Assembly (NCBI GenBank): GCA_963755125.1
Contig: CAVWIP010000010.1
Span: forward strand, 1 to 64,000
Reading direction: 5' to 3'
Length of the DNA stretch: 64,000 nucleotides
Source: an uncultured delta proteobacterium
GTDB taxonomy: Bacteria; Myxococcota_A; Polyangia; Fen-1088
Every line of letters begins with the position of its first letter. Positions within the stretch are counted from its first letter, which is position 1. The notes beneath the pieces were generated by a model, which worked only from the letters and a program-made list of their open reading frames with translations, did not search any database and was not told the DNA's origin. Of the stretch, positions 43,146-57,444 are shown piece after piece. A program made the position numbers and the translations under genes.

Positions 43146-44111
43146 GTGCACGTCATTCGAGGGCGCCAGCGCGTCACGTCCGAGTTGCGGCGTCCGCTGC
43201 GTGCGCCTGCAGTCGCCATCGGGAACTTCGATGGCGTTCACCGCGGCCACCAGGCCTTGCTGGGCACCGCCAGCCGCCTCGCCCACGCGGCGGGGGGCGA
43301 GGCCGTGGCCCTGACTTTCGATCCCCATCCGGCGCGGTTCTTTGCGCCCGCCCTGGCGCCGCCCATGCTGGTGACGCTGGAACGCCGGCTGGAGCTGCTT
43401 GGCGAGGCTGGCGCTGATGTGGTCGTGGTTGAGCCGTTCACCGCTGAGTTTGCGGCAATGCCCGCCGACCGCTTCGTCGCCGAAGTGCTGCGCAAGGACC
43501 TCGACGCCCGACACATCGTGGTGGGCTGGGATTTCACCTATGGGGCCGGCCGGCAAGGCAGCGCAACCACGCTCACAAACGAAGGCGCGCGCCTGCACAT
43601 GGGGGTCAGCATCGTGCCGCCGGTCATGGTTGCGGGGCTGGTCTGCTCGTCAACCAAGATCCGCGAGTTCGTGCTCGAGGGGCGGGTGGAGGGCGCGGCC
43701 ATGCTTCTCGGCCGCCCTTTCGAGCTTACCGGCCGCGTGGTCCACGGCGTCGAGCGCGGCCGCACCCTGGGCATCCCCACCGCCAACCTGGAGCCAGAGG
43801 CCGATCTTTTGCCCAAGTCCGGCGTCTATGCGGCCTGGGCGTGTCGCGTGGATAGCAGCGGCCCGGCGCTGCGCCTACGCGCCGCCGTCAGCGTCGGCAG
43901 CAATCCCACCTTCGCGAGCGAGGGTCGAGGCGCTTCCGCAGTGGTGAGCGTCGAAGCCCACCTGCTGGATTTCGACGGCGACCTTTACGGCGCGCGTCTG
44001 CGCCTGGAATTTGCCGGTCGCATCCGGGACCAGCGCCGGTTCGCTTCAGCGGATGAGCTGGTGGCCGAGATCAGACGCGACGTCGCCCAAACCCGGGAGA
44101 TCCTTCCATGA
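43146..44111 (+). CDS. ribF: Bifunctional riboflavin kinase/FAD synthetase
   Basis: IGNFDGVHRGH, TFDPHP, VGWDFTYG, SSTKIR, GRTLGIPTAN, GSNPTF, VEAHL. Confidence 0.96.
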   Translation: MHVIRGRQRVTSELRRPLRAPAVAIGNFDGVHRGHQALLGTASRLAHAAGGEAVALTFDPHPARFFAPALAPPMLVTLERRLELLGEAGADVVVVEPFTAEFAAMPADRFVAEVLRKDLDARHIVVGWDFTYGAGRQGSATTLTNEGARLHMGVSIVPPVMVAGLVCSSTKIREFVLEGRVEGAAMLLGRPFELTGRVVHGVERGRTLGIPTANLEPEADLLPKSGVYAAWACRVDSSGPALRLRAAVSVGSNPTFASEGRGASAVVSVEAHLLDFDGDLYGARLRLEFAGRIRDQRRFASADELVAEIRRDVAQTREILP

Positions 44112-44587
44112 GCATGGAACACCTTTACGAAACCGAGACGATGGCCGAGCTGTGCACACGCCAGGGCCGACTGAGCGAGGCCATCGCCATCTTCCGTGAG
44201 CTTGCCGCAACCGCCGCCGACCCCGACATGCGGGCACGCGCCAGTGCCCGGCTGACCACGCTGGAGGCGACCTGGCAGCCCCTGCGTGTCGCCGAGGTTC
44301 CGCCTGCCGATCTGGCCTTGCCCCCCGTCCCCGGGGTTTCACTGCTGGTGGGCGAGGACCAGGTGACGGTGGCCTGGGCCCTGCCGCCCGAAACCAGCTC
44401 GCCTGCTCTCGACGTCTTGGTTCTGCAGCGTACGGTGGGCGGAATCGATCCGCAGAAGAAGCTCTTGCCCCTCACCGATACCTCGGGCCGCATCGGCCTG
44501 CTCTTGCCCGGTGTGCATTCCGCCCGGGCCGCTGCGGGCACGATACGCGAGGGCCGCTTCGTGGCCATCGTCCGATCCACTGGCTGA
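44108..44587 (+). CDS. Hypothetical protein with N-terminal TPR-like helix pair
   Basis: ATGA overlap with ribF; TETMAELCTRQGRLSEAIAIF. Confidence 0.7.
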   Translation: MSMEHLYETETMAELCTRQGRLSEAIAIFRELAATAADPDMRARASARLTTLEATWQPLRVAEVPPADLALPPVPGVSLLVGEDQVTVAWALPPETSSPALDVLVLQRTVGGIDPQKKLLPLTDTSGRIGLLLPGVHSARAAAGTIREGRFVAIVRSTG

Positions 44588-44589
44588 AA

Positions 44590-48190
<3,601 letters not shown>

Positions 48191-48324
48191 CGCGTCGCCA
48201 CTCGCACAGACCATAGTGGCGAGATTGTACTCCATCATTAGATACCCGCTGGGCGGGATTCCGTCGAGTCTCCCGGCATTGGCCAACATGACCCACAATG
48301 TTATGTATACTGTCCGGCGTCCGC

Positions 48325-49665
48325 ATGACTTTGACCGCACCACGCACGACTCAACAAATCGCCGCGCAGACCGCAGAGAGCGAAAAGCTGCATCTGGTTT
48401 CGCTCGGCGCTGGGTTTCGCCTGCTGGCAGCCGCTCTGTTCTTGGCCCTCAGCCTGATTTCCTGGCGCCTGTCCGGCCACTCGACCTGGCGCTACAAGCT
48501 GCCAGTGGTGCTGGCCTACGCCGTGGTGGCTGCCATCCTTTTCGCCGTCCGCCGCCGCAGCGGGGTCGCGCGTTTCGCCGCGGCTGCAGTCGCGCTGGAT
48601 CTGGCCGTGCCCTTCATCGCTCTGCACGCGACCATCGTCAGCTACGGAGAAGCCGGCCAGGTGGTGGCCGGCCTGGGTCTGGGCGTATTCGTCCTGGTCG
48701 AGGCGGTGTGCGGACTGTATCTGCGAAAAAGCCTCATCATTGCCGCCACCATCATCGCGATGGCGGAAGAGAGCCTGCTGCTCTGGCAGGCCGGGGTTTC
48801 GCCATGGCACATGGGCCTCGCCTGCTGCGTGCTCATGCTCGGCGCCGGAGTCGGCGTCATCATCGTCGAGCGAACCAACCGGCTGGTGCGCGAGACGGCC
48901 GGGGTTGAGGCGGCCCGGCACCAGTTGGCGGACACGCGCGCCGAATACGACCAGCTTGCGCGCTTGCAAAAGGACAAGGACAGCCTGGTCCAGCTCATCG
49001 TGCACGACATGCGCGGCCCGCTCAGTGCGGCCATCCTGTCGCTCGAGTTCCTCTCGCGAGAACTCAAACGCCAGCGGGCCACGCGCGACATGGTGGAGGC
49101 CAGTGACGATGCCCTCACCTCGTCGACCAACGTGGCCAACATGATCACGCAGATCCTGGACACCAACAAGCTGGAAGAGGGACGCATCACGCTCAATCTG
49201 GTGCCGGTGTCCGCGCGGGAAATGCTCGACCTCACACGCCAGCAGGCGCTTTCGCGTGCGCAAGGAAAGTCGATCAAGATCGAGGTGGACGCGCCGGACA
49301 ACCTGTTCATGGTGGCTGACCGCCGCCTGTTCCCACGTCTTCTCGACAACCTGGTGTCCAATGCCCTGCGCTACACCGCTGCGGGGGGACGCATCCTGCT
49401 GGTGGCGGCGCAGAGCGGGGACGAGATCGTCTTGTCGGTCCACAACACGGGCGAGCCCATCCCGGTCCCCGATCGAGAGAAGATCTTCGCCAAGTTCCAG
49501 CAGGGCCAGAGCGAAGCCCTGCGCATGTTTGGCTGGGGCCTGGGGCTGTATTTCTGCCGTCTGGTCGCCGAGGCGCACAGCGGCCGCATCGCCGTCGAGG
49601 ACGTCGCCGGCTGGCCCACCTCGTTCGTCATTCGCCTGCCGGCGAATACGCCGGCGCCGGAGTAA
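48325..49665 (+). CDS. Membrane sensor histidine kinase
   Basis: About six TMs, H-box VHDMRGPL, NLVSNALRY, IFAKF, GWGLGLYFC. Confidence 0.9.
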   Translation: MTLTAPRTTQQIAAQTAESEKLHLVSLGAGFRLLAAALFLALSLISWRLSGHSTWRYKLPVVLAYAVVAAILFAVRRRSGVARFAAAAVALDLAVPFIALHATIVSYGEAGQVVAGLGLGVFVLVEAVCGLYLRKSLIIAATIIAMAEESLLLWQAGVSPWHMGLACCVLMLGAGVGVIIVERTNRLVRETAGVEAARHQLADTRAEYDQLARLQKDKDSLVQLIVHDMRGPLSAAILSLEFLSRELKRQRATRDMVEASDDALTSSTNVANMITQILDTNKLEEGRITLNLVPVSAREMLDLTRQQALSRAQGKSIKIEVDAPDNLFMVADRRLFPRLLDNLVSNALRYTAAGGRILLVAAQSGDEIVLSVHNTGEPIPVPDREKIFAKFQQGQSEALRMFGWGLGLYFCRLVAEAHSGRIAVEDVAGWPTSFVIRLPANTPAPE

Positions 49666-49756
49666 CCTTGCACCCTTTTCGCAACACCGAGCATCAAAGC
49701 CACGGGACAGGCTGAGCTTGATCGTCCCTCGTCAACCCAAAACAAAGGATATGCGC

Positions 49757-50434
49757 ATGAGATCACTCAAGCTGTTGGCCGCGAGTTTCCTGGTTCTGTC
49801 GCCAGCCCTGGCCCAGGCGGGCACATGGGACGTCGACCCCGCCCACTCGACCGTGGAGTTCAGCGTCCGCCACATGATGGTCACCACCGTCAAGGGTCAG
49901 TTCCAGAAAGTCAAGGGCACGGTGGAACTCGACGAAAAGGATCCCACCAAGTCCACCGTGGAGGTGAGCATCGAAACCGCGTCCATCGACACGCGCGAGG
50001 CCAAGCGCGACGCCCATTTGAAATCGGCCGACTTCTTCGACGCAGCGAAATTCCCCGCGATCACGTTCAAGTCGACCAAGGTCGAAAAGGCGGGCAAGGG
50101 CAAGTTCAAGGTCACGGGCGATCTCACCATGCATGGGATAACCAAGTCGGTGGTGCTAGCGGTCGAGGGACCGTCGGCCTCAATCAAAGACCCGTTTGGC
50201 CGAACCGTGAAGGGCGTGATGGCGACGGGCAAGCTCGACCGCAAAGACTGGGGCATGACCTGGAACAAGGCGCTCGATTCAGGCGGCTTCGTGGTCAGCG
50301 ACGAGGTCAAGCTGGATATCAACGCCGAACTGGCTGAGCGTGCCGCAGCTCCACCCGCTGCGCCGGCCGCTGACAAGTCTGCTGCCGCCGGCGCCAAGAC
50401 TCCTCCCGCAGCGCCCGCCAAACCCAGCAAGTAG
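49757..50434 (+). CDS. YceI family secreted lipid/polyisoprenoid-binding protein
   Basis: Signal peptide, WDVDPAHS, VKGQF, SIDT..RDAHLKSADFF, GDLTMHGITK; Ala/Pro tail. Confidence 0.93.
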   Translation: MRSLKLLAASFLVLSPALAQAGTWDVDPAHSTVEFSVRHMMVTTVKGQFQKVKGTVELDEKDPTKSTVEVSIETASIDTREAKRDAHLKSADFFDAAKFPAITFKSTKVEKAGKGKFKVTGDLTMHGITKSVVLAVEGPSASIKDPFGRTVKGVMATGKLDRKDWGMTWNKALDSGGFVVSDEVKLDINAELAERAAAPPAAPAADKSAAAGAKTPPAAPAKPSK

Positions 50435-50517
50435 GCGCGAAAGCACAAGAAGAGTGAATATCGGACTTGAGCGGGTATAATTACCAGTGAGAAGTCCGCT
50501 CGTTCGTGAAAAGCGTA

Positions 50518-50739
50518 ATGTCCCTGCCTGACCTGCCCCTGAGAAAATCTGCCGTCGTCGAAGCGGTGGGGGGCGATCGCGCCTTCCGTCGCCGCATCAT
50601 GGAGATGGGTCTGGTGCCGGGGACCAAGGTTCGCCTGGTCGCCGTAGCGCCCATGGGTGATCCCCTGACGTTGGAACTGCGCTCCAGCCGGCTTTCCATA
50701 CGCAAGAAGGAAGCGGCCCAGGTCCGCGTCCGGGTATGA
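50518..50739 (+). CDS. feoA: Ferrous iron transport protein A
   Basis: RRIMEMGLVPG, APMGDP, LSIRKKEA. Confidence 0.93.
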   Translation: MSLPDLPLRKSAVVEAVGGDRAFRRRIMEMGLVPGTKVRLVAVAPMGDPLTLELRSSRLSIRKKEAAQVRVRV

Positions 50740-52892
50740 GCGAACGCAGCAACCCAGCCAAACCTGAATCTTCACGTCCCCTGGTCGCCCTGGCCGGTAA
50801 CCCCAACACGGGCAAGACGACCCTGTTCAACGTGCTCACCGGGAGTCGCGCGCGTGTGGGCAACTACCCGGGCATCACGGTGGAGAGGCGCATGGGCGAG
50901 GCGAATCTGGAGGGCGTGGGTCCGGTCGACGTGATCGACATCCCGGGCACCTATTCGCTGGTGGCGCGCACCGGCGAGGAACAGATCGCCATCAACGCCA
51001 TGTTGGGCCTGGGCGGCCAGAGGCGCCCCGACGCGGTGGTGATCTGCGCCGACGCCACCCAGTTCGTGCGCTCCTCGCATCTGGTGCTGCAGGCGCTGGA
51101 GTTCGGCCTGCCCGTGCTGGTGGCGCTGACCATGACCGATGAAGCCAAGGAAGCCGCGCCCGATCCGGTCGAGATGGGCCGGCGCCTGGGCTGTGAGGTG
51201 GTCGCCGTGGTGGCAGCCCAGGGCCGCGGCGTGGCCGAATTGAATGCCGCCATCGCACGCCGGCTGCGCATGCCGGAACGGCACGAGATCTGGCACTGGC
51301 AGCCCACCGCCTGGCTGCGCAAGCTGCTGGATGAAACCCGTGCTGCTCTGCCCGTACAGTGGCCGTCCTGCGATGCCATGGCGCTGTGGGCATTGATGAG
51401 CGTGGAAACCGGCGACGAGCTCCACGGCATCCCGGCGGCCTTGCGACAAGCGGTTCACCTTCCTTCCGAGGTGCGAAAACACATCGACGACGAGGCCATC
51501 CTGGGCCGCTACTCCTTCATGGACGCCAAGCTGGCCCCGCTCGGCCGCCACGAGCCGGACCAAAGGCTGACCGAAAGGGTGGACCGGATCCTCCTCAATC
51601 CCTGGTTGGGGCTGCTGATCTTCCTGCTGCTGATGTTCGCCCTGTTCGAGGGGTTGTTTGCCGGCGCCGATCCACTGATCCATCTGATCGAGCGTGTCTT
51701 TGCCGCTGCGGGCGACGGGATCAAACGCGCCCTGCCCGGCAGCATCTTGGCCCATTTCTTGGCCGACGGCTTGCTGTCCGGCGTGGGCGCGGTGGCCATG
51801 TTCCTGCCGCAGATCCTGTTGCTCTTCTTCTTCCTCGGTCTGCTGGAAGATTCGGGTTACCTGGCGCGCGTGGCGTTCCTGATGGACCGGCCCATGCGCG
51901 CCATGCACCTGCACGGCCGCGCCTTCATTCCCATGCTTGCGGGCTTCGCCTGCGCGGTGCCCGCCATCATGGCCACGCGGACCATGGAACGAAGACGTGA
52001 TCGTGTGCTAGCCATGATGGTGATCCCGCTCACCACGTGCTCCGCGCGGCTGCCGGTATACACGCTCATCATTGGATCGCTGTTCCCGGCCCGGCGCCTG
52101 GGCGGCGTGCTGCCGGCCCAAGGCCTGCTGGTGGTCTTCATGTACGCCTTTGGCATGGCGACGGCACTGCTGGCGGCTCTCATCCTGTCGCGAACCTTGC
52201 CACCGTTGCGCTCGCGCCGGCTGCCCCTGGTGCTGGAGCTGCCGCCCTACCGCAGACCGCGGCTGCGCGACGTGCTGGGCATGGTGTGGGACCGGTCGCG
52301 ACGCTTTGTCACCGACGCGGGAACCCTGATCGTGATCTGCTCGGTGGTGCTGTGGGGATTGCTGGATTTCCCGCGCGAGCCGGCGCGACCGTCGCGCGAC
52401 TGGAAGGCGTCCGTTGCCCAGGTCGATCCGTCGGCGCGGCCAGCGCTGGAGCGCGCCGCGGAAGCCGAGCGCATGCAGCAAAGCTACGCCGGCAGGCTGG
52501 GCAGGCTCATGGAGCCGGTGATCGCGCCGCTGGGTTTCGACTGGAAGATCGGGATCGGCCTGGTCGGCGCGTTCGCGGCCCGCGAGGTCTTCGTGGCCAC
52601 CATGGGCGTGGTCTACGGCCTTGAACCGGACGCAGCCCAGACCAGTCTCACCCTGCGCGAAAAACTGCGGCAGGAGAAGCGCCCGGACGGCACGCCTCTC
52701 TACACGCCCCTGGTCGGCTTGAGTCTGCTGCTCTTCTTTGCCCTGGCCTGCCAGTGCACCAGCACCCTGGCCGTGGTCCGGCGCGAGACCGGCACCCTGC
52801 GCTGGCCCCTGTTCCTGTTCGCGTACACATCCGCGCTGGCCTGGCTGGTCAGCTTCGCTGTGTACCAGACAGGACGCGGGCTGGGGCTGTGA
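50736..52892 (+). CDS. feoB: Ferrous iron transport protein B
   Basis: GNPNTGKTT, GNYPGITVE, DIPGTYS, LEDSGYLAR, CSARLP, ELPPYR. Confidence 0.96.
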   Translation: MSERSNPAKPESSRPLVALAGNPNTGKTTLFNVLTGSRARVGNYPGITVERRMGEANLEGVGPVDVIDIPGTYSLVARTGEEQIAINAMLGLGGQRRPDAVVICADATQFVRSSHLVLQALEFGLPVLVALTMTDEAKEAAPDPVEMGRRLGCEVVAVVAAQGRGVAELNAAIARRLRMPERHEIWHWQPTAWLRKLLDETRAALPVQWPSCDAMALWALMSVETGDELHGIPAALRQAVHLPSEVRKHIDDEAILGRYSFMDAKLAPLGRHEPDQRLTERVDRILLNPWLGLLIFLLLMFALFEGLFAGADPLIHLIERVFAAAGDGIKRALPGSILAHFLADGLLSGVGAVAMFLPQILLLFFFLGLLEDSGYLARVAFLMDRPMRAMHLHGRAFIPMLAGFACAVPAIMATRTMERRRDRVLAMMVIPLTTCSARLPVYTLIIGSLFPARRLGGVLPAQGLLVVFMYAFGMATALLAALILSRTLPPLRSRRLPLVLELPPYRRPRLRDVLGMVWDRSRRFVTDAGTLIVICSVVLWGLLDFPREPARPSRDWKASVAQVDPSARPALERAAEAERMQQSYAGRLGRLMEPVIAPLGFDWKIGIGLVGAFAAREVFVATMGVVYGLEPDAAQTSLTLREKLRQEKRPDGTPLYTPLVGLSLLLFFALACQCTSTLAVVRRETGTLRWPLFLFAYTSALAWLVSFAVYQTGRGLGL

Positions 52893-52992
52893 TACGACCG
52901 TGCCGGCCGACGCAGCACCCGCTGGCAACACCCCGTATGCTTGGACATCCCGCGAGTGATTCATGCGTCAACCCATCGTGCGCGAGCCAGCC

Positions 52993-54183
52993 ATGCCCAC
53001 CGTCGTAGTGAATGCACGCGGCCGCGCACGCATCGTTGCAGGACATCCCTGGGTCTTTCGCCAGGACGTACTGTCCGGACCGCCGACCGACGCACGCACC
53101 GGCGGACCAGCCTTGGTGGCTGTGCTCGACGAACGAAACCGGCCGCTGGCCAGCGCGACCTGGGCCACCCTGCCCCCGGTTGCCCTGCGCATCCTGCAGC
53201 GACGGAACGACAGCACGCCCCTGCCCGATCTGATGTCTCTGGTGGCCGAGCGCCTGAAGGCCGCGCTCGCCTGGCGCGAGCGGCTCGCGCTCGATCGCGA
53301 TGCCTGGCGCGTGGTTCACGGTGAAGCCGACGGTCTGCCCGGTCTCTTCGTCGACCGCTATGCCGATGCGGCGGTCATGCAGACAACCTCGGTGGCCATG
53401 GATGCGGCCCGGCCCGCACTGGCCGACTTGCTGCGGAAGTTGCTCGACGTCCGCGTGGTGGTGGTGCGCGACGATGGATCGGCCCGCGACTTCGAAGGCC
53501 TGCCGCGCGTGCGCGAAATCGCCGCCGGCCAAGGCGCGACCGAGGTGGTCTACCGGCTGGGCGAGAACCGTTTGCAGGCCGACCTGCTCGCCGACAGCAA
53601 GACCGGCGGCTTTCTCGATCAGGCAGACAACCACGCCGTGGTAGCCGCGCTGGCGCCAGTCGGGGCTCGCTGCCTGGACGCCTTCACCTATCACGGCGGC
53701 TTCGCCCTGGCTTTGGCGCGACGGAAGGGCTCGGTGCTGGCCAGCGACGAGGATGCGCAGGCCGTGGCGCGCGCCCAGGCCAATGCGGCCCGCAATCATC
53801 TGACGAATCTGGAGGTGCGCCAAGCTGACGCCTTCGAGCTTCTGCGCACCCTGGAAGCGCACAAGCAACGCTTCGACGTGGTGGTGCTGGACCCACCTGC
53901 CCTGGCCAAGCGCCAGGCCGGCGATCATGCCGCGCTTCGCGCCTACCAGGAGATCGTCCTGCGCGGCCTGCGCTTGACCAAGCCGGGCGGTCTTACCGTG
54001 ACCTGCTCCTGCTCGGGCCGTGTGTCGCGCGCGCAGTTTGATGAGTTGGTGACGGCGGCCGCGGCCCAGAGCGGCCGGTCGGTACACATTCTTGAACGTC
54101 GCGGCGCCGGCCGCGATCATCCGGAGTTGGTCGGCGTCCCGGAGACCGGGCATCTCAAGTGTTGGATCCTTCGTGTGCTGTGA
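52993..54183 (+). CDS. rlmI: RlmI-like 23S rRNA m5C methyltransferase
   Basis: PUA-like GHPWVF, HGEADGLPGLFVDRY, KTGGFLDQ, FTYHGGF, VLDPP, TCSCS. Confidence 0.85.
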   Translation: MPTVVVNARGRARIVAGHPWVFRQDVLSGPPTDARTGGPALVAVLDERNRPLASATWATLPPVALRILQRRNDSTPLPDLMSLVAERLKAALAWRERLALDRDAWRVVHGEADGLPGLFVDRYADAAVMQTTSVAMDAARPALADLLRKLLDVRVVVVRDDGSARDFEGLPRVREIAAGQGATEVVYRLGENRLQADLLADSKTGGFLDQADNHAVVAALAPVGARCLDAFTYHGGFALALARRKGSVLASDEDAQAVARAQANAARNHLTNLEVRQADAFELLRTLEAHKQRFDVVVLDPPALAKRQAGDHAALRAYQEIVLRGLRLTKPGGLTVTCSCSGRVSRAQFDELVTAAAAQSGRSVHILERRGAGRDHPELVGVPETGHLKCWILRVL

Positions 54184-54195
54184 TAAGCACTTGTG

Positions 54196-54459
54196 ATGAG
54201 CTTCCTGACTGCGTTCGTGACCGTGTTGCTGGCCGAGCTGGGCGACAAGACCCAGCTTGCCACCCTGGCCCTGGCGGCTGGCGGCCATGCCCGCTGGCTG
54301 GTCTTCCTGGGCGCAGCTCTGGCGCTGATTGTCTCATCCGCCGTGGCCGTGCTGGTGGGCAGCGCTCTCGGACAAGTCGTGCCCGCCGTCTGGCTGCGCC
54401 GGGGTGCCGGGGTGCTGATGATTGGTCTCGGCCTCCTGTATGTCCTGCAGCCGGGCTAG
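54196..54459 (+). CDS. TMEM165/GDT1 (UPF0016) family half-size cation transporter
   Basis: Single AELGDKTQL motif and three TMs. Confidence 0.9.
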   Translation: MSFLTAFVTVLLAELGDKTQLATLALAAGGHARWLVFLGAALALIVSSAVAVLVGSALGQVVPAVWLRRGAGVLMIGLGLLYVLQPG

Positions 54460-54471
54460 AGCACCCATCTA

Positions 54472-57444
54472 CTAGAAAAACACGCGCACGCCCAGACGGC
54501 CCGAGATGGGGGCCTGGTAGGAAGTCGGCATAAGGAAGTTGGGGTTCTTGGTTGCGGGCACGAGGTTGCCGTTCGCGTCCGAGGTGATGAGACCCTTGAG
54601 GTCCGCCTTGTTGCCACCGGTGATCGGCGTGACAATGTCTGCGGTGTAGAGTTGATCCTGGGTCAACACCGTGCGCTGGTCGAAGAGGTTGAAGATGTCC
54701 AGAAAGGCCTCGACCCCCAGCTTGCCAGGCAGGCTGCGCCGATACCCGAGGTGCAAATCGAAGCGCGTGACGAAAGGCGTGCGGCCCATGGAACCACGCG
54801 GGAGGATGAAAGAGTCGTAGTCTTCGGGACTTTGGAAGCTGCCCAGGGCGCTGAGCGGCTGGCCCGAACGGCCCACGAAGCCCAGACCTGCGGTCAGGCT
54901 CGATCGGACAAATGGGTAGGTGTAGTACCCGTCGAGACGGATGAGGTGCGGGCGATCATTGGGTAGCGGCCCACTGCGGTTCACCATGATCCCAGGAACG
55001 TCGTATTGCGTGCTCAGGTTGGGATCACGCTGGTCATTGTCGGCGTCGTAGAGGCCCACGTAGTTGCCGTACAGGTGTGACAGAGTGTACGAGCCAGCAA
55101 AAAACCAGCGCTGCGCAAAGCGCTTGTTGGCCGTGAACTGCACGGCCTCATAGACCCGCTTGGCGCCTGCGGGATTGCCGAGCATGGTAGGTCCGTCATT
55201 GGGATTGGCCGGATCGTACATGTCCTCGATGGCGCGGCCGAGCCAGCGATAGATGAGCGTCGCCCCGGCCACCAGATCGCGCAGCACCTCGTACTGCCCG
55301 CCCACCACAACTTCGTCGTTGTAGCTGCCCTTGAGCCCTTTCTGAACAGTCAGCATGTCGCCGCTCAGGGCTTGCGCAGGCTGGGCATCCGCGAGCGAGG
55401 TAGTCGGACCCGTGCTCAGCAAACTGCCCTCGCCACCGAAGCCCCGATCGGTCAAGGTCATTGGGATGGATTCGTAATAGCGGCCATAGTGGGCAAAGAT
55501 CTTGGACCGGCCTTCCTTGCTGGGGTCGAAGATCACGCCCACCCGCGGCGCGATGTTGTACTTGAGGAAAAGGGCTTCGTTGTCCAAATAGTCCTGCAGA
55601 TACTGCGTCTCCCAGCGCACGCCGAGGTTGATGGTCAGATTGGAAAGCGGCGAGTAGCTCTCTTGCACAAACACGGCCGTGTTGTACTGCTTGGTCGTCG
55701 CCTGAATCACGTCCTGGTAGTACTCGGGCAACTGGCTCAGACTGACGTCGGAAAGGTGCACTCCCGGCGGCAGTCGAAACAGAGACAGGAGATAGGTGTT
55801 GTCGGGATACATCCAAACCGACGCACGCCCGCCGTCCGGCCCGGAATTCCAGACCGCATCCTGATATCGGACGAATTCGCCGTCGAAGCCGTACTTGATC
55901 TCGTGCAAACCGCCCGCGTGGAAGATGTTGGTGCTCTTGAACTGTCCGGCCAGGCGGTAGGCCTCGATAGAGCGCATGACGCCATAGCCACCCGACTGGT
56001 AGTTCTGCACTGGACAGCTCTGGAAACCGGTTGTGGCGTTGTCCACGCACTGGCCCGCGACATTGGGATTGAACTGCGCCAGCGAGGGTGAGTTGGCCCA
56101 GTTGATGTCACTGATCTGCTCCGCATCCTGGAAAGGCGAGCGGCGATCGTACTGTTCGATGTGCATGCCTAAGGTGGCATCCAGGCGCCAGCGCCGCTGG
56201 AAGAAGGCCGCGGTCCAGCGCGCGGTTATGTCATTGGTTCGCGTCTTCTCGTTGGACATGCCGGCCAAGTAGTCCATGTTGGCCCCGCGCATGTACTCCT
56301 GCTGCGAATAGATCCCGTACAGGCCCAGACTCAGCGTCTGCTCGGGCGTCGGTTTCCAGGTCAGCTTGCCGGCGTAGTGCTGGTTGGTGGTCTCGCCCGC
56401 ATAGCTGCGTTGATAGAGCGGGACGGTCATCGGGGTGCCGTCGGGATTGTTGGCCTGGGTCCCGTCAGGCTGACCCGTGGTCGGATCCACATGCTCGACG
56501 AACTTGTCCGCGTACTGGACCAGATGGGTGCGGATGATCTCGGGCGAGTAGCCCACCCAGATGAACAGCTTGTCCTTGATGATGGGCCCCCCCACCTCGG
56601 CGCCGATGTTGGTGGTGTAGTCGGGCTCGGTCACGCCGGTCAGCGAGGTGGAGCGACTGACGATGCGTTGCTGGCTGCCCGAAAGATCCCCTGGCGCCAC
56701 GAAGGAAAACGCGCTGCCGTGCCACTCGTTGGTGCCTGATTTGGTGGCCATGTTGACTGCGCCGCCCAGCGCGCGACCGTATTCGGCGTCGTAGCCCCCG
56801 CTGACCACCTCGACCTCTTCGAGGAATGGGACCAGCGGGTTGATTCCCAACGCCCCGTCTCTGAGCGCCGTAACGTTGAGCCCGTCAAGGTAATACACGT
56901 TTTCCAGGCCGGTTCCGCCCGACAGAGACAGCCCCACCGGGTCAGAATAGGCGCCGGGCGTCTTTTCCAGCAGGCCGCTCAGGCTCAGGCTGTTGGGCAC
57001 GTTCGCAGCGAACTCGGGGGTCAGCGTGGTGCCGACGCGCGTCGAGCCGACGTCGATGGCCGGCGCTCGCTGCGTGACCGCGATGGTCTGCACCGCCTCG
57101 GGCGCCGCCGGCAGGCGGGCGTTGACCCTCACGGTCTGGTCCATCAACACCTTGGCCGAGTGCTCGATGGCCACGGCCCCGCGGAAAAAACGAACCAGGT
57201 AGTCGCCAATGGCCAGACCGCGCAGCTCGTACTGTCCCTTGGCGTCGGTGAGGATCGCCTGATCGCCCTGCGGTCCCGAGGCCACGACGGTCACGCCATC
57301 GAGAGGCTGGTGCGTGTCCCGGTCAACCACGCGGCCGACGATCGCGCCGGTGGTGGGACTGGCCGTGGCCGAGATGGGAACCGCGAGCAGGACGAAGGCC
57401 GCAGCGGCTGCACATAGCCAAGCGTAATTTTTGTAAGCAATCAT
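54472..57444 (-). CDS. TonB-dependent receptor (Oar-like, N-terminal carboxypeptidase-regulatory-like domain)
   Basis: Signal peptide, GAIVGRVVD, ENVYYLDG, GGYDAEYG..GG..TKSGTNEWHG, GGPIIKDKLF, C-terminal RLGVRVFF. Confidence 0.92.
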   Translation of the reverse strand: MIAYKNYAWLCAAAAAFVLLAVPISATASPTTGAIVGRVVDRDTHQPLDGVTVVASGPQGDQAILTDAKGQYELRGLAIGDYLVRFFRGAVAIEHSAKVLMDQTVRVNARLPAAPEAVQTIAVTQRAPAIDVGSTRVGTTLTPEFAANVPNSLSLSGLLEKTPGAYSDPVGLSLSGGTGLENVYYLDGLNVTALRDGALGINPLVPFLEEVEVVSGGYDAEYGRALGGAVNMATKSGTNEWHGSAFSFVAPGDLSGSQQRIVSRSTSLTGVTEPDYTTNIGAEVGGPIIKDKLFIWVGYSPEIIRTHLVQYADKFVEHVDPTTGQPDGTQANNPDGTPMTVPLYQRSYAGETTNQHYAGKLTWKPTPEQTLSLGLYGIYSQQEYMRGANMDYLAGMSNEKTRTNDITARWTAAFFQRRWRLDATLGMHIEQYDRRSPFQDAEQISDINWANSPSLAQFNPNVAGQCVDNATTGFQSCPVQNYQSGGYGVMRSIEAYRLAGQFKSTNIFHAGGLHEIKYGFDGEFVRYQDAVWNSGPDGGRASVWMYPDNTYLLSLFRLPPGVHLSDVSLSQLPEYYQDVIQATTKQYNTAVFVQESYSPLSNLTINLGVRWETQYLQDYLDNEALFLKYNIAPRVGVIFDPSKEGRSKIFAHYGRYYESIPMTLTDRGFGGEGSLLSTGPTTSLADAQPAQALSGDMLTVQKGLKGSYNDEVVVGGQYEVLRDLVAGATLIYRWLGRAIEDMYDPANPNDGPTMLGNPAGAKRVYEAVQFTANKRFAQRWFFAGSYTLSHLYGNYVGLYDADNDQRDPNLSTQYDVPGIMVNRSGPLPNDRPHLIRLDGYYTYPFVRSSLTAGLGFVGRSGQPLSALGSFQSPEDYDSFILPRGSMGRTPFVTRFDLHLGYRRSLPGKLGVEAFLDIFNLFDQRTVLTQDQLYTADIVTPITGGNKADLKGLITSDANGNLVPATKNPNFLMPTSYQAPISGRLGVRVFF

